A DNA stretch of 33,015 nt from a virus (IMGVR_UViG_3300049828_000097:1-33015); one strand, 5' to 3'; numbered from the stretch's first letter, positions 23,396 to 32,292 are shown. Notes: generated from the letters alone by a model not told the origin. Made by a program: numbers and translations.

Positions 23396-23453
23396 AGATT
23401 ACCTCCGAATTGGTTAAAGGGATTCAAGCCTCCCAGAGGGCCTTAGAGGAGGA

Positions 23454-23473
23454 GGGGGGAGTTTCCTCCCCCC
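23454..23473 (-). terminator. GC-rich hairpin after the major capsid gene (weak terminator or mRNA stabiliser)
   Basis: On the - strand GGGGGGAG-GAAA-CTCCCCCC, an 8-bp stem with a GNRA loop; followed by TCCTCCTCT rather than a U-run. Confidence 0.5.
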
Positions 23474-23489
23474 GCCATTCTACTGGGTG

Positions 23490-24398
23490 TTAGGCACCCG
23501 GCGTACCGAAGATCGCACGCTTGTCCGAGCAACCGAACGAGTAACGGGCACGCGCCTTGAACTTGGCGTTATCCGTTTCGAAGTCGTCGTCCATGCTGAA
23601 CGAGTCAGCAACACGCTCAAAATGCTTGAGGCCGTTCGGAACATCAGTCATGATGAACCACGCATCCGTGTCGGTGAGGTAGTGGTTGACCACCACGCCA
23701 CCCGGATACTTCGACTTCACGACGTTGATCGTGTTGTTGTTGGTACCGACTTCATACTCGGTGCCCATGATCTTCATGGCGTTGAGCGCCTCGTCGACCG
23801 GGACAATGAGCTTCTTCGGCTTGACCGCGATCCGAAGACCACGATCATCCGTGTACTTGCTGATCTGAATCCACGCCGATTCCAGCGAGGCTTCCGACAG
23901 GTCGGCAGCCGTAGCCAGAAGGTTCGACCAAGTACCGCCAGCAACGTTCGGGTGATCGTTGACGATCAGAGCCTTACTGTCACCATACAGGTACGAGGTG
24001 TTGAACGCACGGTTCAGGATGTTCGCCGCGACAATTTCCTTCGTCTGCCGCATCGAACGAGCCAGCCCTTGGGCCTTACGCTTGCCAGCCTTGCTGTACA
24101 GATCATCTTCCACCAGTTCCTTGGTGATGATGAAGCCCAGCGAGTACGTGGCGTGCGTGTAGCGATCAAGGAAGCCTTGCATCTCGGTATCATACGAAAC
24201 CGGCTGCCCTTCACCCTTGATCTGAGCCAGACCAAAACCGCTGACCGAGACATCTTCTTCATACGCACGGTCGGACTTCTCCGTTTCGAAGATTTCAGTA
24301 TACTCAGTCTTGTAATCGTTGTACGAGTCACCGTACCACTTGTTGACGCCCGGCCAGAGGAGTTTGCCCCAAAGACCAGTATTCATAGGAACGCTCAT
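23490..24398 (-). CDS. major capsid protein (HK97 fold, Mu gpT-like family)
   Basis: 302 aa; LWPGV, SDRAYEE, KGEG, LARSMRQTKE..AANILN, PKKLIVP, HYLTDTDAWF, KARARYSFG; strong RBS and codon bias. Confidence 0.88.
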   Translation of the reverse strand: MSVPMNTGLWGKLLWPGVNKWYGDSYNDYKTEYTEIFETEKSDRAYEEDVSVSGFGLAQIKGEGQPVSYDTEMQGFLDRYTHATYSLGFIITKELVEDDLYSKAGKRKAQGLARSMRQTKEIVAANILNRAFNTSYLYGDSKALIVNDHPNVAGGTWSNLLATAADLSEASLESAWIQISKYTDDRGLRIAVKPKKLIVPVDEALNAMKIMGTEYEVGTNNNTINVVKSKYPGGVVVNHYLTDTDAWFIMTDVPNGLKHFERVADSFSMDDDFETDNAKFKARARYSFGCSDKRAIFGTPGA

Positions 24399-24419
24399 AG
24401 TTATCTCCTAGTCTATGGG

Positions 24420-25067
24420 TTAAACACCAGCCGTATCACGGCCACCAGTGAACGAGAACGGACGATTGAAGAGAACTTCAAACTTCGCCCAGTTACCACC
24501 GTTCGTTGCTTCCGACCACGAATTCTCGGCCCTCTTGGAGAGACCGATCAGGCGCAGGGGGAGGTCAGCACTAGTAGCGTGACTATCCGAGTCCAGCATC
24601 GCACCGGAAATACCAGTAGCAGTCGAGCCCGTACCATCAACAATCGTGATGTTCGAACCGATGTCCGCAGCTTCCAGCGGGTCAGTGGCCCCGTCTTCTT
24701 GGATTTCGAAAACAACATCGTTATCCGCGCAGAGATACACGATGCGATTCGTGCTCGCGGGACGATGCTTCAGCATCAGGTTGTCGGGATCAGGCTTGAA
24801 GCCAACCACGACACCGGCCAGAACAACTTCCGCAGCCGCGTCGAAATCAGCCTCCGCAGCCTTGATAACTTGGGGCACGCCCTCAAGATCCTCGCCTTGG
24901 ATCACCAGACCATTCGCACCAGAGTCGCCAGCAATCTTGACGACATCTCCGACGAAAACAGCAGTACCATCCGAGGCAGGAATATACGCCTTGAGGAACC
25001 CACCCACTTGCGTGCCGTTGATCTTGCGAACCGGCTTAAACCCAAAAGGGGTGTTAGAATTAGGCAT
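24420..25067 (-). CDS. capsid-associated (cement/decoration) protein
   Basis: MPNSNTPFGFKPVR start and VFVGDVV, VFEIQED motifs; directly upstream of the MCP with RBS AAGGAG. Confidence 0.65.
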   Translation of the reverse strand: MPNSNTPFGFKPVRKINGTQVGGFLKAYIPASDGTAVFVGDVVKIAGDSGANGLVIQGEDLEGVPQVIKAAEADFDAAAEVVLAGVVVGFKPDPDNLMLKHRPASTNRIVYLCADNDVVFEIQEDGATDPLEAADIGSNITIVDGTGSTATGISGAMLDSDSHATSADLPLRLIGLSKRAENSWSEATNGGNWAKFEVLFNRPFSFTGGRDTAGV

Positions 25068-25108
25068 TTAAAATCTCCTTATTGTTTGAGTACACCCCCG
25101 TTCAAAAC

Positions 25109-25543
25109 TCACTTGCGAGTGAGTGTAAGCGAACCGTAGTCAGCTTCTTGAGCGGCAGAGTGCGAGTTAGCAGCAGACTTGATGCGGGTCATAGCCCGCT
25201 CAGTCTCAAGGATGTCCGCGTCTTTTTCCGCATCGTACTCCTTCTTGATTTCAAGAGGGAGCTTCATCAGGTAGGCCACTAGGCCACCACCGACGCCTTT
25301 GCGAAGACGAGAGTCCGTCCCCTTAGAAGTGTCTATTGTAGGATCTCCTGATGCCTTGACCTCACTCTTATTCACGAATTCGTAACCGGCGTTGCGAAAG
25401 ATCAGAAGACGATCATCAACATCGTTTACCCATCGATAGTAAAAGTTCTTGGTATCAAGGCCGAGCACGTTGAGTTTGTCTCGTTGTGCGGCCACCGAAA
25501 CGCGCTGGGGCCGCGCTTGTTCTTCCCTAGTCTCTCGTGTCAT
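25109..25543 (-). CDS. conserved head-module hypothetical protein
   Basis: 144 aa; YYRWVND, AGYEFV, AYLMKLP motifs; ATGA overlap with the scaffold gene. Confidence 0.7.
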   Translation of the reverse strand: MTRETREEQARPQRVSVAAQRDKLNVLGLDTKNFYYRWVNDVDDRLLIFRNAGYEFVNKSEVKASGDPTIDTSKGTDSRLRKGVGGGLVAYLMKLPLEIKKEYDAEKDADILETERAMTRIKSAANSHSAAQEADYGSLTLTRK

Positions 25544-26376
25544 CGTTTGATTCCTCCTACGAGTTTGATACTCTCCATGAACTCTTCTTTAGTCACATGA
25601 CCTCGCTTAACGAGGTTGCGGGCGATTTGGGCTTCAGCTTCAGGAAGTTCCGCCAGAAGCGAGTCAAAATCGGTATCGCCACCCTTTCGTGCTGGACTAC
25701 CAGCGCCTCGGTTAGAAGCCCCGTCCGGAGACGGTGCGCCGACTCTCTTAAATTTTTCGGGGAAGGTCTTTCGAACTTCCGCCTCCAACACCTTGTACAT
25801 TTCTGCCTCGGTGATCTTTGGATTGGTAGCACGCAGCTTAACAGCCCGTCCATTCGTCCAATCCGTAAGAATCTCGTCGCGGTTATACCAAGGATTGCGC
25901 TCCGACCAATCCTCAAAGAGAGGATCCGTAGTATTGGTGTCGGCCTTTGGAGCAGGCTTCCGAGCTTCCTCAAGAGCCTTCTCGTAGCTACGCATTTCCT
26001 TGTCGATGTTACGAACTGCAGCAGTATCACCAGCTTCGATGGCTGCATCCCGGCGAGCTTGCATCTCAGCAACAGCACGCTCGTAACCAGCCTCGTACAG
26101 CTTGCGGTTTTGTTCGGACAGGTAGTTCATCATCTGCTTCACTTCCCGGAGTTCGGCACTCTGGGACTTGATCCTGCCGAGCAGTTCGCCGCGATCTACA
26201 AAAACATCAGCGGGCCTCCAAGCAGCGGGGTCGCCAGTCCATTCTTCCTTCGGCACCCAGCCCTGTTCACGCGCTCGCTTTTCAACATCATTACCCTCGG
26301 GTTGTTGTTCCGGGGTTTGGTTCTCAGGAGTACCTTCCTGTCGCTGGTCTACACCAAGCTTGTTGTCATCAGCCAT
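25540..26376 (-). CDS. putative capsid scaffolding protein
   Basis: 278 aa acidic, helical; AREQGWVPKEEW, coiled coil, W..RNPWY; lies between portal and capsid genes. Confidence 0.7.
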   Translation of the reverse strand: MADDNKLGVDQRQEGTPENQTPEQQPEGNDVEKRAREQGWVPKEEWTGDPAAWRPADVFVDRGELLGRIKSQSAELREVKQMMNYLSEQNRKLYEAGYERAVAEMQARRDAAIEAGDTAAVRNIDKEMRSYEKALEEARKPAPKADTNTTDPLFEDWSERNPWYNRDEILTDWTNGRAVKLRATNPKITEAEMYKVLEAEVRKTFPEKFKRVGAPSPDGASNRGAGSPARKGGDTDFDSLLAELPEAEAQIARNLVKRGHVTKEEFMESIKLVGGIKR

Positions 26377-26707
26377 TCTCTACCTCCTCTAGGACTACCT
26401 GAATGTCTTCGTCATTCATAAGGAAGAACTCTTCACCCGTCTCTGGATGCTTGATGCTCTTGCCCGCGTAACGCGCGAAGATCACACGATCCCCCGGCTT
26501 GCACCACGGTTGCCAATCAGGCTTGTCGAAGTCATAGTTCTTCCAACACATGGGGCCTACGTCAACGACGGTACCGCGATCTGTGGCTTGTTGTTCCAGC
26601 TTGTCCTGATTACCGGGACGAGCAATCACAATACCACCCTTAGTTACTTCCTCAACGGGTTCCGGCTTAACCAGAACACGGTGTCCGGGGATCCTAATTT
26701 TCCACAT
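26369..26707 (-). CDS. groES: GroES/Cpn10-like co-chaperonin
   Basis: PGHRVLVKP, mobile loop EEVTKGGIVIA, GTVVDVGP, KPGDRVIFARYAG, FLMNDEDI; start ATG 26707 with RBS GAGGAG. Confidence 0.92.
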   Translation of the reverse strand: MWKIRIPGHRVLVKPEPVEEVTKGGIVIARPGNQDKLEQQATDRGTVVDVGPMCWKNYDFDKPDWQPWCKPGDRVIFARYAGKSIKHPETGEEFFLMNDEDIQVVLEEVENG

Positions 26708-26936
26708 CTTCAATCTCCTCAAGCTGCTCCTCTGTTACAAATTCTGGTTGCCACGAGATGATGGCATCAGCAACTTTTACAAAGGCACGGACAAACTGAT
26801 CGGCATCTAGGTCGGGACGTTCCCGGTTAATCATCGAAGAAATCCGCTTTTCCATATCTGCCAACAGTTCTGAGTGCAACTCTTGTGTACAGGGGTGGTT
26901 CTTCCATTCCCCAAACATCGCTTTCGTTACAGGCAT
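26694..26936 (-). CDS. hypothetical protein downstream of portal
   Basis: 80 aa, RBS AGGAG, EWKNHPCT motif. Confidence 0.7.
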   Translation of the reverse strand: MPVTKAMFGEWKNHPCTQELHSELLADMEKRISSMINRERPDLDADQFVRAFVKVADAIISWQPEFVTEEQLEEIEDVEN

Positions 26937-26949
26937 AGAGAACTATCTC

Positions 26950-29169
26950 CTACTTCTTGGGTTTCGACTTCTGACTTTCCTTGGATTGTTGTTGCTTTTG
27001 TTTGAAAGCCTCATCACCTTGCTGCAACTTCTGTTGATTGGAGGCTGCAGCGTGCATCATGTCCATCTGCCTTTCGACTTGGGTCGCATGAAGATCTTGA
27101 ATGCGGCCAATGCGATCAGCTTCCATCTTATGTTGCATATCGGCTTGCTCTAGTTCTGCTTCACGTTCCTTGACGCGCAGATCCAGCAACTTTAGTTGGT
27201 GTTCCAACTCTGCCATACGCTCCTTCAACTTCATCTCTTGATCCTTTGCAGCCATGTCCATCTGGCCCTTCATTTGCATGGCTTGTACCTTCGGATCCGG
27301 TCCCGGAGGCGGCGGTTGCTGCATCCACTCGTCCACATCCGGAAGTTCCAGCATCTCCAGCATCTTCTGCGTGTAGACTTGGGGATTGATCGTGCCCAGT
27401 TGCAGAAGTTGCCCAATAGACTGCATCTTTTGCGACCGCATGGCGAACGAGTCGGCAGACGGGTCGGCGCCGGGCATAATCATCCACTCGGGATAGTCAT
27501 AGTCCGAGGCCATCAGTTCCATCCCGGCGAGCCTAGACTCTTGCTCCTTGTTCTCCGGGTTCATCCTGTTCAGCCTGTGCAACTTACGGAACTCGGACGT
27601 AAGAGCTCGGTAGATCCGCTTGTAGATGGCGGTGAAGACGGCCATCGACTGCTGCACAGTCTCCTGAGTTGTGGTGGCCGGGGTGTTTTGTCCCGGCATC
27701 TTGCCTACGAAGATTTCCGCAATCGAGGCAAGCTGATTTCCCGACTGGATCAGGAGGTTCATCAGGTTAAACAGCACCGGGGAAGGCTCCTTGGATGGGA
27801 GCGGGAAGACCGACTTGGAAAGATCGTCTCCAGTAGCGTTAACCACCTTCCATTCCCCCGGCTTAAAGCCGGTTTCGCCCATCTTGATCCGCAAACCCTT
27901 ACCAATGAACCCTGACTGGAGATTATTGATGGTTCCAGCGTCTACGAGTTGGTTGATAAGGGTGTTAATGCTGACATTCAGCGGTCCAAGAAGCTGGCCG
28001 AAGCCCAATCCATAGATAGAACCGTCCGGATTGGGGATAAACGTGTAGTCCGTGAAGTACTCCACCGGACGAATGTGAATTATATCACCTTCTGAGTTCG
28101 TTGTCACCCCATCAAGGTCGTATCGGGCGATGATTCGCACGACTTTGCCCGTATCCCGGTGGACAGTGACTACATACGGCTCCTCGTACCCGTCGTCATC
28201 TAGGTCAAAGAAGGTATGCTGCGATAAAAAGACGTAGGGAGTCGAACCATCCTCTGAGGGGGGAGACGCCTTGCTGATAAGTTGTTCTTTTTCTTTACCA
28301 GCATCGGGAGAAGGCGACAAATCCTCAAGGATGTCAAGAAACTCCTCGTCATTAGCCATACGAGCACGGAGTTCGTTCTCCGTGAACTCCATAATTTCGG
28401 TTTTCCGGTACGCCTTATCAAGGTTCTTGGCGTAATAATTGACTACCAGCTTCTCCGGGTAGATCAGATCACTCTTATTTTGCTTCTCCAGAGGATCATA
28501 GTACGTTTTCTTGAAGACGGTACCGCAGATAGCGACCGACATGAGCAGCTTGTCCATGTCTTCCTCCCACCGATCCATGATATACCGGATCTGGAAGGAC
28601 ATATGGTTGCTTACACGCCGGGAAGCTTGCACCAGAGCCTTGTTAGGGTGGTTCTGAGGCAGGGCAGCACTCACCAATTGGCCCGTAGCGGGTACCAGAG
28701 AGGGGTAAGCACGCGCCGAAAACTGCATTGCAGCCGTGGCAATCAGGGGATACTTGACGTTAGACGCCTTGACCCACGGGAAAGTCTTGTTTTCACGGAT
28801 CAGGAGGGCCAACTTGAGCCATTCCTTTGTGGTTTTCATCCAGTGTTCGCGGCTTTGCTCGTCTTCGTTGTACCCACGAACCACTTCCTCACCAATTTTG
28901 TTGAGCTTATCCTCGCCGCCCTTCTTCTTTTTGATGAACTTGGCGAGGTTCATCTGCGACAGAGCCCAGTCGATGTACTTCTTGGACTCGTCTACCTGTG
29001 GTTCCGAGGTCTGGCCCATCTCCATGGGCATTCCGGGGGTCGGCGGCTCGGCTTGAGCAGCCATTGCCTGCATATTTTGAGAGGGATCGCCACCCATCGG
29101 GGCCATCCCTCCCATATTTTCCATTGGTTGTGATGGATCGCCCATCATTGTTCCGAGTCCTTGGTCCAT
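26950..29169 (-). CDS. portal protein
   Basis: 739 aa after TerL; KTFPW..ASN, QFSARAYP, GTVFKKTYYD, YGLGFGQLL, NQLVDAGT..N, PGEW; C-terminal Gln-rich coiled coil. Confidence 0.88.
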   Translation of the reverse strand: MDQGLGTMMGDPSQPMENMGGMAPMGGDPSQNMQAMAAQAEPPTPGMPMEMGQTSEPQVDESKKYIDWALSQMNLAKFIKKKKGGEDKLNKIGEEVVRGYNEDEQSREHWMKTTKEWLKLALLIRENKTFPWVKASNVKYPLIATAAMQFSARAYPSLVPATGQLVSAALPQNHPNKALVQASRRVSNHMSFQIRYIMDRWEEDMDKLLMSVAICGTVFKKTYYDPLEKQNKSDLIYPEKLVVNYYAKNLDKAYRKTEIMEFTENELRARMANDEEFLDILEDLSPSPDAGKEKEQLISKASPPSEDGSTPYVFLSQHTFFDLDDDGYEEPYVVTVHRDTGKVVRIIARYDLDGVTTNSEGDIIHIRPVEYFTDYTFIPNPDGSIYGLGFGQLLGPLNVSINTLINQLVDAGTINNLQSGFIGKGLRIKMGETGFKPGEWKVVNATGDDLSKSVFPLPSKEPSPVLFNLMNLLIQSGNQLASIAEIFVGKMPGQNTPATTTQETVQQSMAVFTAIYKRIYRALTSEFRKLHRLNRMNPENKEQESRLAGMELMASDYDYPEWMIMPGADPSADSFAMRSQKMQSIGQLLQLGTINPQVYTQKMLEMLELPDVDEWMQQPPPPGPDPKVQAMQMKGQMDMAAKDQEMKLKERMAELEHQLKLLDLRVKEREAELEQADMQHKMEADRIGRIQDLHATQVERQMDMMHAAASNQQKLQQGDEAFKQKQQQSKESQKSKPKK

Positions 29170-29172
29170 AGA

Positions 29173-30675
29173 TTAGTAACCTGTCAGTTCCTCTCGTCCT
29201 TGTTCATAGAATCCTCCGTGGATTTTCTCATCTTCGTAGGCTTCTTCCGACAATTCTCGGTCAGTAGGAGCTTCGCGAAAGCGAAGAAGCCCGCGTCCAA
29301 GGATTGTAGTACCGTCAACTTGGTCGTCGTGCGCGAGTCGGGGGAATCCCAAGAGTTCCGCTTCATAATCGTCATACCAAGACGCTCGTTTGTTGAACCT
29401 AACGCCACCCGCACGCATCCTAGAACGAATTGCAGAGCTTCTTGCCACCTTGTCCTGAGTGCTGGACAGGGCTTCGTAATTGAACCATGCGCCCGTTTTA
29501 ATCATGCGATCCTTGATTCCAACCTCAATGGCGTTCCAAAGCATACCACCTTCAAAGAATACCATCTCAGGCTGGTACTTCTCCACCAATTCGAAGAGGA
29601 CATCCTCCGCTTCCTTAACGTCCATCCGTTCCTTGACAACGTGAACGATGTGTAGCGTGGAGTTTTCGTCGACACCACCGATTACAAACACGGAATAGTC
29701 CCCGCGTTGCTTTGCTCCGGGAGCGAAGTCGGTGCCGATATAGTACAGCTTCCGCCGCTCGTAGTCTTGATCGTCCATCGGGATGAAGTCTCGGCGCTGG
29801 AACGGGGCTGTGCTTTCATCCAGCGGGATGTTGAGCATTTCCTGCGACCAGACATCCAACATCCCTTGTTCCTTGAAAGTCTCCCGTTCCCGCTTCAACC
29901 ACTCGATGGACTTGAACTCGGGCCAGAGAGCTTCCGTCATTGCTGCGTCGTGAGCTTGGTACTTGGCAGAGAGCCAGATCTTCTTTGGATCCGACTTGTA
30001 ATGTAGCCTGCCGGGAATGACGCCCTTATCTCCGATCTTGGGCATCAACCGCTCCAACTGTGCGTCGGCATGGAGGATGGTACCTACCAGCCGTATTGCT
30101 CCGTTCTTGGAGAGGATGGGGATGAGTGCGCCGGTAAACCAATGGCGGAACTTCTCCCTACGCTCCTTGTTCATCACGATTTCATCGTTTTCCAAGTCAT
30201 CCCCTACAACCAGATCAGGACGACGGTGATCCCACTTACAACCACGAAGGGACTGGCCGGAACCCTTAGCCATGATGCGGCATTGGTGCCCGTCTTCGAA
30301 TTCGATGATAACGTCCGACTGAGAATCCTTGACCAGCCCCTTCACACCAAACAGCCGGATAAGGTCTTCGTTGTCCAAGAATTCCTTCTTGATGTCCTCA
30401 ACGAAGAACACAGCCTGTGACTCAGTATCAGATACAACCAGAATAAAACTCCGCTCTCGGAACAGTATGCTTGCTACTACATACGAGTGCGTGATTGCCG
30501 TACTCTTAGCATGACCGCGAGGCGCAGCGATGGCAACGAACTTACGGCTGGAACAACACATACGCCACCATTCACGATGGCACTCCGGAATGGCGGCCGG
30601 TGAATCGAAGTTCTTCTTCAGCAGCCCATTGACCAGACCTTCAATCAGTTCGGCTGTGAGTACCTTCTTTTCCAC
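29173..30675 (-). CDS. terL: terminase large subunit
   Basis: Walker A APRGHAKST, LRG, Walker B LVVGDDLE, coupling motif VGTILH, nuclease IGTDFA and HDDQVD. Confidence 0.95.
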   Translation of the reverse strand: MEKKVLTAELIEGLVNGLLKKNFDSPAAIPECHREWWRMCCSSRKFVAIAAPRGHAKSTAITHSYVVASILFRERSFILVVSDTESQAVFFVEDIKKEFLDNEDLIRLFGVKGLVKDSQSDVIIEFEDGHQCRIMAKGSGQSLRGCKWDHRRPDLVVGDDLENDEIVMNKERREKFRHWFTGALIPILSKNGAIRLVGTILHADAQLERLMPKIGDKGVIPGRLHYKSDPKKIWLSAKYQAHDAAMTEALWPEFKSIEWLKRERETFKEQGMLDVWSQEMLNIPLDESTAPFQRRDFIPMDDQDYERRKLYYIGTDFAPGAKQRGDYSVFVIGGVDENSTLHIVHVVKERMDVKEAEDVLFELVEKYQPEMVFFEGGMLWNAIEVGIKDRMIKTGAWFNYEALSSTQDKVARSSAIRSRMRAGGVRFNKRASWYDDYEAELLGFPRLAHDDQVDGTTILGRGLLRFREAPTDRELSEEAYEDEKIHGGFYEQGREELTGY

Positions 30676-31094
30676 TACTCAGCTACTTGAGCAACTTCTG
30701 CGTCTACAACTTGCTTGAGTGCATTCAGAAATTGCCGACGCGTAGTGATGTCAGCACCCGTGATGTTGCGGAGTGCCTGAAGCTTTTGCTGAACTTCCTG
30801 AGTGCGCTTGTTGAAAACATCGTTGTCGTTCTCGATTGGCGCAGGCCAATCAAGTGCGCCCACAGGAATACCAAGAGCCTCCCTAAAGGCTTCGAAGACG
30901 GGGGCATTGAGTGCAGCAGGCGTTTGCGTACCTACTGCCTGATACACCTTTTGCCCGGCCAGCATCAGAGTCTTGAGCTCCACATTCAACTGGTAGTTCC
31001 GTTGCATGTGAGTAGCCATGAGCTTTGCTTGCGCCTGAAGTTGTGCTTGCAGCGCCGCGATTTGGTCAGCGCCTACAGTGAGAATCTGCGGCAT
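30675..31094 (-). CDS. hypothetical protein
   Basis: 139 aa helical; 1-nt overlap with the TerL GTG start. Confidence 0.7.
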   Translation of the reverse strand: MPQILTVGADQIAALQAQLQAQAKLMATHMQRNYQLNVELKTLMLAGQKVYQAVGTQTPAALNAPVFEAFREALGIPVGALDWPAPIENDNDVFNKRTQEVQQKLQALRNITGADITTRRQFLNALKQVVDAEVAQVAE

Positions 31095-31095
31095 A

Positions 31096-31344
31096 CTAGG
31101 CTCCCTTGAAGACCTTCTTGTTATGGATAGTCAGGTTGACCGGAACGCAAACCGCTCCGAACGAATTGACGTTCGGGTGGACTTCACCCTTCTGCACTGC
31201 CTGTGCCGAGCCTGCGTCGAGCTTTGCCTTCACAGCTTGACACTCTGCCTCCCGCTGGAAGACGGCCTCGACTTGAGCAGCCATATCCAGCTTTCCAGAA
31301 TCCAGAGTAAGGGACATACCAAAGACAAGAGCCCAGATAATCAT
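31096..31344 (-). CDS. small hypothetical protein with hydrophobic N-terminus and two Cys
   Basis: 82 aa; ATGA overlap with the HNH gene. Confidence 0.65.
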   Translation of the reverse strand: MIIWALVFGMSLTLDSGKLDMAAQVEAVFQREAECQAVKAKLDAGSAQAVQKGEVHPNVNSFGAVCVPVNLTIHNKKVFKGA

Positions 31345-31637
31345 CGCTTCTTCTCCCGCTTAGAGGTTTGAGACTTCATGGAGCCATCCTTGTTACGGGA
31401 GAAGGACTCGTTGGTTGAGTGATGCACAATCCGAAGATTCGACTTGTCGTTCGATCCACCCTTGGAGAGAGGAGTCTTGTGATCGACTTGCTTCCCATCT
31501 CCCTTCCGAACCAGACCGTCTTCCATGGCTTCGCGACGGGCCTTGTTGCGCTGGACGCGCTTCTCGATCTGGTCCGGACGGGACTTGTACTTGTTCTCCT
31601 GCTTGTAGTCGCGCTTGTAGTTGGGCGAGGAGGGCAC
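31341..31637 (-). CDS. HNH endonuclease (packaging-associated type)
   Basis: Probable GTG start at 31637, right after the upstream stop; RDYKQE, RNKARR, KGDGKQVDHKTPLSKGGSN..SNLRI....N. Confidence 0.85.
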   Translation of the reverse strand: MPSSPNYKRDYKQENKYKSRPDQIEKRVQRNKARREAMEDGLVRKGDGKQVDHKTPLSKGGSNDKSNLRIVHHSTNESFSRNKDGSMKSQTSKREKKR

Positions 31638-31638
31638 T

Positions 31639-32292
31639 TTACTTTGCCTTGTCGAGGACGGCCTGAATAGCCTGCTTGACCGGAGTATCAGGGAACGCAG
31701 CGTAGGTTTCAGCAAACGACCGATGTTCGTAGATCTGCTCCTGCTCGCCGTAATTAATCAGACCATTGATCGCAGCACGACCTCCCGAGAACAGGCCAAA
31801 GTCCCAGTACAGATTACCAGCCTGCGAACCCTTGCCTTCTTGGAGCAGGCGATTAGCCGAGTAGATGAACGCAGCTTCACGACCTTCACCCGGACCATGC
31901 ATGAAGTTCACAGCCGGGAACATTCCGTTGAAGACCTGAGCATCCCGCTCTTTGTCATTGGCTGCACCATTGGCAAGGTTTTGGTCAACCGACTTCATCC
32001 AAGCGAAGGCTTCCTTCGGCTCCTTGAACGGACCACCCTGCGAACCCTTGTACGGGACGTAGAACGCCCCGGCTACGAATTCATACGTCCCCGGAGGCCA
32101 CCCGAGAGGCATCTCCACCGGCTTCGTCGGAGTCGGTTGCGGGGTCGGGGTCGGCGGAAACTCCGGAAGAGTCACTACCGGAACCGCATTCAGCGTCACT
32201 CGTTGCGACAGCATCGACTCCGGAATCCTCGGCGTCTCCACTTGTTCCTTCTTCCCGAACAACTTCTGCATCAATCGCTTCAGAAATTTCAT
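31639..32292 (-). CDS. hypothetical protein with amphipathic N-terminus and Pro-rich linker
   Basis: 217 aa, RBS GAAGGA, good codon bias, ends just before the HNH start. Confidence 0.7.
   Translation of the reverse strand: MKFLKRLMQKLFGKKEQVETPRIPESMLSQRVTLNAVPVVTLPEFPPTPTPQPTPTKPVEMPLGWPPGTYEFVAGAFYVPYKGSQGGPFKEPKEAFAWMKSVDQNLANGAANDKERDAQVFNGMFPAVNFMHGPGEGREAAFIYSANRLLQEGKGSQAGNLYWDFGLFSGGRAAINGLINYGEQEQIYEHRSFAETYAAFPDTPVKQAIQAVLDKAK

Noticed and set aside
22238-23446. 402-aa + strand ORF opposite three small structural genes
   Set aside because: Same shadow effect; the three - strand genes are in one frame and have clear RBSs.
24399-24419. Possible read-through fusion of the in-frame capsid-associated gene and MCP
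   Set aside because: The spacer contains a second in-frame stop (TAA CCC ATA GAC TAG) and the MCP has its own RBS.
23487-25139. 550-aa + strand ORF opposite both capsid genes
   Set aside because: Both capsid genes share one frame and avoid TTA/CTA/TCA codons, which leaves the antisense frame open; no protein-like features.
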